Origin: an uncultured Planctomycetia bacterium
Lineage (GTDB): Bacteria > Omnitrophota > Gorgyraeia > Tantalellales > Tantalellaceae
Direction: 5' to 3'
Length of the DNA: 64,000 nucleotides
Assembly: GCA_964527555.1 (NCBI GenBank)
Contig: CAZGOG010000006.1
Span: 276-64,275 of the forward strand
Shown: piece after piece, positions 56,607-64,000 of the stretch
How the letters are laid out: each line of letters opens with the position of its first letter
Numbering within the stretch: the stretch's first letter is position 1
Program-made: the position numbers and the translations under genes
The notes under the pieces: model-generated
Databases searched by the model: none
What the model was told of the DNA's origin: nothing
Seen by the model: only the letters and a program-made list of their open reading frames with translations

Positions 56607-56634
56607 ATATAATACTTTTATACCGGGATGTCAA
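56606..56634 (-). promoter_or_regulatory. Sigma70-like promoter of the rex-hydrogenase operon
   Basis: TTGACA-17 nt-TATATT immediately upstream of the Rex sites. Confidence 0.75.
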
Positions 56635-56694
56635 GAGGAAAATAAAAAGAATTTTTAGAAGATTGACTGCGGGAAAGAGCTATAGATGCTTCTT

Positions 56695-58545
56695 TTATCC
56701 TTTACCGAAACGTTTCCTTTGAGCCAGAAGTATTATGTTACGCAGGTCCTCCCCGTCTTTCGCGTTTATCCATTTATTCTCGAAAGTCGGGTCCTGTGCG
56801 ATCTGGGCGATAGCCGATAGCGCTCTTAAATGGAAGTTCCTTTCATCCCGCGTACCCGCTATCACAAAAACCATATGAACTTTTTGATCCGCCTCGGGGA
56901 ACACAATACCTTCCTTACAACGCGCAAGCAGTATAAGGAACCTGTGATCACCCTCGATTATTATGTGAGGTATGGCTAAACCGGGGCTCAAGACGGTGCT
57001 GCTTTGCTCTTCCCTGTCCAGTAATAGCCTGAGAATGACCAGATCTTTGATGCCGAGTTTTTGTGACATTTTCTCCGCCGCCAGCTTGAAAAATTCACCC
57101 GACGGCAGGGATTTATCGATGTCCAGAACGATTGCTTCTTCGATTATCCCGTCAAACCTGTCTTTTATTATTTCGTCTCTTTCACGGATTATTTCTCTTA
57201 GTTCCGACTCCAAAGAAAGGTCCACGAACTCTCTTGCCGCTACTCTTTCAATAAGATGCAAAAGAGCAAAATCTTTTTTTGTCCTTTGACGCCCGTAAAA
57301 CCAGAATACAGCTATCCCGCATGCAAAAAGGATAGAGCTTATAAAAAGAGCTTCTTTTCCCATATTAACCACTAAGAGCCAGCAACCGAAAACGCCTATA
57401 ATCTGCAGCCAGGGATATAAAGGCGCACGGAACTGGGGCTGATAATTCTTCACGCCGCTTTCTCTCATTATAATCACACAGATACATGACAAGATAAAAG
57501 TAAAGATAAGAACGGTAGAGGCCACCTCCACCAGTATCTTTAGATCCAGAAAAAGCGCAGCGATCATGATAATACCTGTTGCGAGTATAGCAACGTCCGG
57601 AGTCTTAAAGGTGCGGTTGATACTTCCGAATAAGTTTGGCAAGAGGCCATCCCGGCTTAACGCCAGAGGATACCTGGAAGCGGACATGATCCCGGCATTT
57701 ACGGTTGATACGAACGCCAGGATAGCCGCAATACCGAGTGCAATTTTCCCTGCTGCACCCATAAAAACAACCGCGCCGTCGGAAATGGGAGTAAGCGAGT
57801 GATCAAGCTGCTCGGCTCCCAGCACACCGGAGGTCACAAAAATGACCAGCGTGTAAAGTATACTAACTGAGGCAAAAGACAATATCATCCCCATCGGCAC
57901 AACTTTACCCGGATTTTTTACCTCTTCCGCAATACTGGCAACCTTTAATAGCCCTCCATATGAGATAAACACAAATCCCGCGGTAGAAAATATCGCAGCT
58001 ATTCCCCGCGGCGCAAAAGGCGTAAAGTTCTGGATTTTGACTTCCGGCAGGCCGCGTATCCCGTAAAAAATAAGCAATGCCAGGAGCACAACTACGATAA
58101 AAACCTGGACCCTGCCTGCTTCCTTTATACCGATAAAATTGATAACAAGGAAGAAGATACAAAATATCACACCCAGTATATGCACATCAATATTCGAAAA
58201 AAGACTCGCAAAAGCGGCCATACCGACAAGCGCAAACGCACCTTTTAAAGATACGGATAGCCACGTTAAAAGCCCGTTAATTGTCGCAACCACAGGCCCC
58301 ATACTGCGTGCGACATAAAAATAAGTTCCCCCCGCCTTAGGCATCGCTGAAACCAGTTCCGCCTGGCTCAACATACCGGTCATCGCCAGTAACCCCGCTA
58401 AAAAATAGGAGACAACGACTGAAGGCCCTGCCAGGGCATGGGCTAACCCCGGCAGAATAAAAAGACCCGAGCTTATCATCGCGCCGGTCGCAACGCAAAA
58501 AACGTCTAAGAGGTTCAGTTCTTTTTTTAATTTTGGTTTTTCCAT
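56695..58545 (-). CDS. APC-family amino acid permease fused to a PTS EIIA (Ntr/Fru-type) domain
   Basis: GAMISSGLF, AELVSAMPKAGG and AEEVKNP motifs; C-terminal REEQSST...GLAIPH...HLRALSAIA. Confidence 0.88.
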   Translation of the reverse strand: MEKPKLKKELNLLDVFCVATGAMISSGLFILPGLAHALAGPSVVVSYFLAGLLAMTGMLSQAELVSAMPKAGGTYFYVARSMGPVVATINGLLTWLSVSLKGAFALVGMAAFASLFSNIDVHILGVIFCIFFLVINFIGIKEAGRVQVFIVVVLLALLIFYGIRGLPEVKIQNFTPFAPRGIAAIFSTAGFVFISYGGLLKVASIAEEVKNPGKVVPMGMILSFASVSILYTLVIFVTSGVLGAEQLDHSLTPISDGAVVFMGAAGKIALGIAAILAFVSTVNAGIMSASRYPLALSRDGLLPNLFGSINRTFKTPDVAILATGIIMIAALFLDLKILVEVASTVLIFTFILSCICVIIMRESGVKNYQPQFRAPLYPWLQIIGVFGCWLLVVNMGKEALFISSILFACGIAVFWFYGRQRTKKDFALLHLIERVAAREFVDLSLESELREIIRERDEIIKDRFDGIIEEAIVLDIDKSLPSGEFFKLAAEKMSQKLGIKDLVILRLLLDREEQSSTVLSPGLAIPHIIIEGDHRFLILLARCKEGIVFPEADQKVHMVFVIAGTRDERNFHLRALSAIAQIAQDPTFENKWINAKDGEDLRNIILLAQRKRFGKG

Positions 58546-58572
58546 ATAAACTCGATAGCTGCCGGTTTCATC

Positions 58573-60390
58573 CTACTTGCTGTTAATCGGCAAGAGCACA
58601 GTCGCGGTCGTCCCCTGCCCAAGTTTGCTCTTATATTTTATGTCACCCCCGTGGGCTTTGATTATACCGAAACATACCGATAGTCCCAGCCCCGTACCTT
58701 TTTCTTTGGTCGTAAAAAACGGTTCGAATATTTTCTCGATGTCATCCTGTGAGATACCTAGACCGGTATCAGTGAAATCAATCTGTATTTTATCATCATT
58801 TTCCGCGGTTGAAATCGTTATGGTACCCTTCTCGCCTATCGCTTCAGCCGCGTTTCTTAACAGGTTCATAAAGACTTCTTCGATCTGTTTCCCGTCTACT
58901 TTAACCGAAGGAAGGTCTTTAGCGAAGTTTTTTACTATCGTTATGTCGCTCAGCGTAAAACTATGTTCTACAAGGTTAATCATAAAATCTATCGTTTCAT
59001 TTATGTTGACTGTATGCATCTCCCCCCTGCTGGGCTTGGAGAACATAAGAAGGCGCTGAATGATACCTTTGGCGCGTTCACATTGATCCACGACAATTTT
59101 AAGGTTTTCCCTGATACCCTCGTTCTCGGGTGCTTCCATAAGAGAGAGTTCTGCCCTTCCCGAAACAATCTGCAGGGGATTATTCACCTCATGGGCCATG
59201 TGCGATATAAGTTTCCCGAGTTGCGCCAGTCTCTGCGCCTGTTCGACCTTCCGCCGTTCAGTCACATCCATTATCAGACCATCCCAGAGCATATCCCCGT
59301 TAGCTTGGCGTTCCGGCCGCGAAATACTGCGAAACCACCCTTCCTCCCCGCGGACAGTAATACGCCCTTCCCATATCCAGGGTGAAAGCGTCCTGGCCGC
59401 TTCTCTGGCCGAATTGTAAAACCTCTTAAGATCCTCAGGGTATATTAAACTCAGGAACCTATCCGCATCTTTTCGGATATCCGCAGGGTCAATCGCGAAA
59501 AGATCACGGCAGCTCTCGCTGACAAAAGAAAAGGATATAAACCCGTCCGGACTCATGAAAAACTGGTACACCAGACCCGGCACATTCGCCGCCATCCTGC
59601 GATAGTGCATCTCGCTGCTGCGCATAGCTTCTTCCGCGCGCATACCTTCGATCGTCTTTCCAAGACGCTGGCCCAAAGCGTTTATTAAAATCTTTTTACC
59701 ATGATGAAACTTATGCTCTTTGAATTCAGGCTTGTTCTTTTTGTAAAATACTTCAACGGTCCCTATCTCCTCTCCAAAGACTTTTATGGGCGCGGCGAGT
59801 TTCCATTTTGTTTCTTTGTAATTGGAAGTTTTAAATTCCTTGCCTTCAAAAACTATCCTAGCGCATATTATGCTTGAATCCTGCCATGCAGAAGGGACAA
59901 GTCCTACCGCTCTTTCAAGTAACTCTTCCGCTTTAGAAGACCCGGACTTCTCGGCAACGTTAAAAAGGCTATAAATGCAGTTAAGTTCTCTGACGCGTTC
60001 CCCCAGGTCGTAGTTGGACCGCTCAAGTATTTTTTTGCTTGCTAATAATTCCCGTTCACTGTTTTTTAACTGTTTTTGGCTGGCTGTAAGTTGTTTGCTG
60101 ACTGTCTCAAGTTGCTTTCCGCTATCATCAAGTTCCGCGAGACTGCCCCTCATTTTGCCCATGGCTTTTCCGAAAAGTACGTGATACCTGCTAGACAAGA
60201 ACCATCCGAACGTTAAAAGTATGAGAAATACGCTTACTCTTATATATAGTGCATGCGCGGGGACTTCCAGGATCAAAAGATCCCAGAAGCTTTTTTTATA
60301 GAAAAACATTGAACCGAATGCAGCGTCTATTATCCAGAAAAGCATCCCTCCAATCGCTGCAAGAAGAAGTATGATATATTTATTTCTCAT
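58573..60390 (-). CDS. Membrane PAS-domain sensor histidine kinase
   Basis: 2 TM helices, coiled coil, PAS domain, H-box AHEVNNPL, NLLRNA, DTGLG, FEPFFTTK and GTGLGL. Confidence 0.92.
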   Translation of the reverse strand: MRNKYIILLLAAIGGMLFWIIDAAFGSMFFYKKSFWDLLILEVPAHALYIRVSVFLILLTFGWFLSSRYHVLFGKAMGKMRGSLAELDDSGKQLETVSKQLTASQKQLKNSERELLASKKILERSNYDLGERVRELNCIYSLFNVAEKSGSSKAEELLERAVGLVPSAWQDSSIICARIVFEGKEFKTSNYKETKWKLAAPIKVFGEEIGTVEVFYKKNKPEFKEHKFHHGKKILINALGQRLGKTIEGMRAEEAMRSSEMHYRRMAANVPGLVYQFFMSPDGFISFSFVSESCRDLFAIDPADIRKDADRFLSLIYPEDLKRFYNSAREAARTLSPWIWEGRITVRGEEGWFRSISRPERQANGDMLWDGLIMDVTERRKVEQAQRLAQLGKLISHMAHEVNNPLQIVSGRAELSLMEAPENEGIRENLKIVVDQCERAKGIIQRLLMFSKPSRGEMHTVNINETIDFMINLVEHSFTLSDITIVKNFAKDLPSVKVDGKQIEEVFMNLLRNAAEAIGEKGTITISTAENDDKIQIDFTDTGLGISQDDIEKIFEPFFTTKEKGTGLGLSVCFGIIKAHGGDIKYKSKLGQGTTATVLLPINSK

Positions 60391-60529
60391 GCTGTTTTCC
60401 TTGAGTTTTCGAAAAAACTTCCCTACCTTTTATAAGCGCATAATTATAGTAAGTTTAATTTCTCCCCCCACAATATATATTACCTTTATCCGGGCAATTT
60501 GCAAATAATTCGACGTGTGTGATCATCTT

Positions 60530-61009
60530 TTAGGTGGATGGGATATTCAGCGATTGCAGCACTTTCGCGGCAAAACCGCCCGCATTTTTTGAAGCCTCAA
60601 GAGGAGCCCACTCTGCAAAAGTTTTGTCCGTCTCTTCATCATATGGCCCGTCTTTTATCTCATAGAGAATAGACTCTTCCGCGAGGGGAATGAGCGAGTG
60701 CCACTTGCCGGAAGGGATTTCAACGCCGAAGTTGCCAATCTCAGGGTCCAGGATTATATAATCTTTTATTTGCCCGGTATCATCAAATTCGACGGCTAAA
60801 ACTCTCCCCTTTAAGATGATGAAAACTTCCCGTTTATCAGGTGCTTCATGCTTATGTGGCGGAAAATACGCGTCTCTTTCTATAACGTTTATCATCCTGT
60901 TTATGGGGTCGTGATAATCACCGTGAAAATTATAATTGCATCTTTTTCTTGGGGACTTTTTCGCTTTTTTCGAAAGTCCGTTTATGAGGTCATCTGTTAT
61001 TTTTTTCAT
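60530..61009 (-). CDS. WbuC-family cupin metalloprotein
   Basis: SPRKR.NYNFH, PPHKH, WHS and EIKDGPY motifs. Confidence 0.85.
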   Translation of the reverse strand: MKKITDDLINGLSKKAKKSPRKRCNYNFHGDYHDPINRMINVIERDAYFPPHKHEAPDKREVFIILKGRVLAVEFDDTGQIKDYIILDPEIGNFGVEIPSGKWHSLIPLAEESILYEIKDGPYDEETDKTFAEWAPLEASKNAGGFAAKVLQSLNIPST

Positions 61010-61030
61010 CTCAGCTCTTAAAGTTATAAG

Positions 61031-62020
61031 TCAAAATTCCAGGTATTTCTTAATCTTAAGCTTTTTTGCCTTTTTATACACAAGATCAGCTATCGCGATA
61101 TCCTGTACCGCCAGACCCGTTGAATCGAAGACCGTGAGTTCCTTTTCCTTTGTCCTGCCCTTCTTTTCTCCGGCGGCTATTTCCCCGATATCAGCATATA
61201 TATCCTTCTTTGTTATCTGGCCTTTGGATAAAGGCACGTTTATCTCGCCGCTATGAAAAGCCTGGCCCCAGGCGTCTACCACAACTTTTGCTTTTTTTAA
61301 TATCTCCGGGGCAAGTTCCTGTTTACCTTTAGCGTCTGCCCCTATTGCATTTATATGCGCGCCTTCTGTAATCCATTCTAACCGTACAAGAGGTTTTCGG
61401 GAAGGCGTGGTTGTGACTATTATGTCGGCATCTTTTACACAGGACTTGACGCTGTCAGAAAGTTCTATTTTAGAAGGGATTAATTTTTGCATTTCTTTTT
61501 TAAAAGTACGTGCTTCTTTTCTTTCGGGACCCCACACTTTTACTTCTTTAATTTTAAAAAGCTTGTTTAGGCCTACTAGCTGCGTTTTTGCCTGTATGCC
61601 GCATCCTACAAGAGCAACTTTTTGCGAATTCTTTTTTGCAAGATATTTGGCGGCGACAGCTCCGGCTGCGCCCGTCCTCAGCGCGGTTGCATACGTGCCT
61701 TCCATAATGCAGAGAGGAAGGCCGTTTGACGGATCACTGAGTATTATTATCGCCATAACTGTCGGCAGGTTTTTCCTGCGGTTTCCCGGATGCACGTTTA
61801 CCCATTTGATACCGCACCTCTTGAGACCTTCAAGATATGCCGGCATGGCCCTAAAATCGCCGTTATATTTCTCGAGATGAACATAAATCTTAGGGGGCAT
61901 CTCCGCTTTTCCCTTTCCTGAAAATCTAAAGGCTTTCTCGACTGCCTTAATGGCGTCCTTTATAGTAACAATCTTTTCTACAATCCTGCCGCTGACAATC
62001 AAGGTTTTGTGCCTTTTCAT
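61031..62020 (-). CDS. Alanine dehydrogenase of the ornithine cyclodeaminase/mu-crystallin family (archaeal type)
   Basis: MPPKIY, GDFRAMPA, KWVNVHP.N, TALRTGA, HINAIGAD and FDSTGLAVQD motifs. Confidence 0.8.
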   Translation of the reverse strand: MKRHKTLIVSGRIVEKIVTIKDAIKAVEKAFRFSGKGKAEMPPKIYVHLEKYNGDFRAMPAYLEGLKRCGIKWVNVHPGNRRKNLPTVMAIIILSDPSNGLPLCIMEGTYATALRTGAAGAVAAKYLAKKNSQKVALVGCGIQAKTQLVGLNKLFKIKEVKVWGPERKEARTFKKEMQKLIPSKIELSDSVKSCVKDADIIVTTTPSRKPLVRLEWITEGAHINAIGADAKGKQELAPEILKKAKVVVDAWGQAFHSGEINVPLSKGQITKKDIYADIGEIAAGEKKGRTKEKELTVFDSTGLAVQDIAIADLVYKKAKKLKIKKYLEF

Positions 62021-62026
62021 AATCGG

Positions 62027-63466
62027 TTACTCCTCATAGATAAATCTAAAATCGCTCATAAGCCGGGGGTCGGGATTCCTTCGTATGTAATCGATATAGT
62101 ATTTTGCCGCACCTGCCATATAAGTCGAAGGATCGATTTCAATGACCTTCTGCAGCTCGCTATAAGCGCGGGAAGGCTCATTATAACTCAGGTAGTATGT
62201 GACTGCTAAGTTATAATGGGCTCTCTGGTCGTCGGGTTTCAGTTTTATTATCTTCCGGCATTCTATTATTACATCATCGTACCGCTTCATCGTAGAGTAC
62301 ATGTAGCTTATGTAATGAAGCGCAGAGACATAAAAATCGACCGTCTCTTCGTCCATTGCAGGAAGCATCTCCATCTTCTTCTTAAAGATGTTAAATTCAG
62401 CTATCGCTTTCACCGGTTTACGCTCAAAAACATACGCCCTTCCCAGAAAAAAATGAGCGAGGGGATAATCGGGGGCTCTCTGGGTAACTTTTCTAAACAG
62501 CCGAATGGCAGCCCTTCTTCTCTTTTTCTCCCAGTATATCTGGCCAAGCTGGGTTATAGCGGCATAATCGCCGGGATTAAGTGATATCCTTTTTCTGCAG
62601 ATATCCTCAGCCTCTTGCAGCTGCCCAGCCTCTATAAGAACTGATATATCTTTGTATGTCCTGGGAAGCGATTTTTTAATCTTTTCAAGTTCAAGCACTT
62701 CGCTGGAAGTTTTTTTGGCACCTTTTTGCATGTGCACCTCTATTGCCTTTTGATAAGACTCCTCTGCGTTATCAAAATCCCCTATAGCTACCTGGCAGTC
62801 AGCCAGAGCTTGACGAAGACGGACGTTTTCCGGATCTTCCTCTATCGCTTTTTCATAAGACTCTATGGCTTTATTATAAAACATGGCGGCATAATAAACG
62901 TCACCGGAAAGCGCATTCAGGCCCTCCATTTCCGGAACGTTTTCTTTTAGCCACATGATATGCGGCACCACGACAGCGGGATAATAATATTTTTCGCTTA
63001 AAAGCCTGTTTAAGACAGTAAAATGTGCTGTCACCATTTTCTGGTGGATACTGCCAGCGTCTTCTTCCGGCCGCTTCAAAAGATCATTAAGTTCTTCGAT
63101 GTTCTCTAAAAGATCGCGGTTTTTCTCGAAACTTGATATAGCATATGAAAGGGCTCTCGTTTCTTCCCCCTTTGTGCCTATTCCCTCGGCCTTCTTTAGA
63201 TACTCATATGCCTTTGTATATTCCATAAGACCGTAATGCCCCTGTCCAAGATCCATATATATCCGGGCCTCTTCCGGATAGACTTGAACTAATTCGTTTA
63301 AACCGGCAAGGCCCTCTTCGTACTTGCCATCCGCAACCATCTTATATTCGATTTCAGTTAACTCTTTCTGCCAAGCTTCTTCCTTGCCATAGGCGTCATT
63401 CGCCACTACTACTCTTGCCAAAAAAAACATTATAAAAAAAATAAACAATTTTTTCCCTGATAACAT
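62027..63466 (-). CDS. Exported tetratricopeptide-repeat protein
   Basis: Signal peptide and multiple TPR motifs (AHFFLGRAY, AHYNLAVTY, YEKAIEEDP). Confidence 0.85.
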   Translation of the reverse strand: MLSGKKLFIFFIMFFLARVVVANDAYGKEEAWQKELTEIEYKMVADGKYEEGLAGLNELVQVYPEEARIYMDLGQGHYGLMEYTKAYEYLKKAEGIGTKGEETRALSYAISSFEKNRDLLENIEELNDLLKRPEEDAGSIHQKMVTAHFTVLNRLLSEKYYYPAVVVPHIMWLKENVPEMEGLNALSGDVYYAAMFYNKAIESYEKAIEEDPENVRLRQALADCQVAIGDFDNAEESYQKAIEVHMQKGAKKTSSEVLELEKIKKSLPRTYKDISVLIEAGQLQEAEDICRKRISLNPGDYAAITQLGQIYWEKKRRRAAIRLFRKVTQRAPDYPLAHFFLGRAYVFERKPVKAIAEFNIFKKKMEMLPAMDEETVDFYVSALHYISYMYSTMKRYDDVIIECRKIIKLKPDDQRAHYNLAVTYYLSYNEPSRAYSELQKVIEIDPSTYMAGAAKYYIDYIRRNPDPRLMSDFRFIYEE

Positions 63467-63476
63467 TCTGCGTCCC

Positions 63477-64000
63477 TCAATATTTGAATATCAAATAATC
63501 AATAAAACCCATCCCGACAGAAACCAGATTAAAAATGTGGTGTAAAAGTATCGCAAACATTGTCGAGCCCGATCTGGCTTTGGCGTAAGTGATCACCACG
63601 CTAAGAACAAAGATAACCCCCATAAACGCGTATTCCTCTCTTATCTGCGGATAGTGCGCAAACGTAAAAAGAATAGAAGTAAATATTATCGCGGGATATA
63701 TTCCCATATATCTGTTTAATGCCGGGTATAAAAAACCCCTGAAAAGAACTTCTTCCACAAAAGGCGCCACAAATAAAACTGACAATATTATAACAATATT
63801 ACCGATAATCTTGGCTTCTATAAACACCGAATTAAACGGTATATTAGGTACCAGCGGATTCATCCTGCAAATAATCTGTGCTATTATGCAGCCTGCAAGA
63901 TAGAGCGGCAGCCCCACTGCCCAGAAGTTGGGAAGCTTACCGGGAAAAACAACGGTCTTCCAAAAGGATACTCTTCGCAAAAGAACAAGAATCATCAAAA
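63477..64000 (-). CDS. CPBP/CAAX (Abi) intramembrane glutamic endopeptidase, 5' end probably outside the window
   Basis: APFVEEVLFRG, FTFAH and AILLHHIFN motifs. Confidence 0.85.
   Translation of the reverse strand, partial: LMILVLLRRVSFWKTVVFPGKLPNFWAVGLPLYLAGCIIAQIICRMNPLVPNIPFNSVFIEAKIIGNIVIILSVLFVAPFVEEVLFRGFLYPALNRYMGIYPAIIFTSILFTFAHYPQIREEYAFMGVIFVLSVVITYAKARSGSTMFAILLHHIFNLVSVGMGFIDYLIFKY

Overview
A gene-dense, mostly minus-strand 64 kb window from an anaerobic diderm bacterium. The gene content resembles Candidatus Omnitrophota or another PVC-group lineage, but that is an impression and not a tested assignment. Five blocks are visible. (1) 0.2-11 kb holds housekeeping genes: PP2C phosphatase, prenyl synthase, ispH, pabA/pabB, fba. 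(2) 11-19.7 kb is a long O2/ROS-defence operon: rubredoxin (missed by the ORF track), fprA, dfx, rubrerythrins, glutaredoxin, trxB, two half-ferritins, ogg, ccdA/tlpA, a metal permease and an Rrf2 regulator. It is preceded by two unannotated small genes that share a palindromic operator. One encodes a stand-alone class III RNR (NrdD) glycyl-radical domain, a candidate 'spare part' for O2-cleaved RNR. The other encodes a 27-aa Cys-rich peptide. (3) 19.8-37 kb is a nitrogen-assimilation cluster (glnA type III, GAF-ANTAR, porin, amtB, P-II, Fis-like HTH, gltBD, a PEP-synthase-like protein, gdhA). Its leaders carry seven ANTAR-type dual-hairpin/terminator units, six of them arranged as tandem pairs. 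(4) 39.4-56.6 kb is a Rex-headed operon for an Mrp-linked group 4 [NiFe] hydrogenase, with an NAD(P)H-diaphorase-like AsrAB module, an inserted PhoU-domain gene and a stripped-down Hyp set. (5) 56.7-64 kb holds an APC-EIIA fusion, a histidine kinase, a cupin, an alanine dehydrogenase, a TPR protein and a CPBP protease. I saw no rRNA, tRNA, CRISPR array or transposase.
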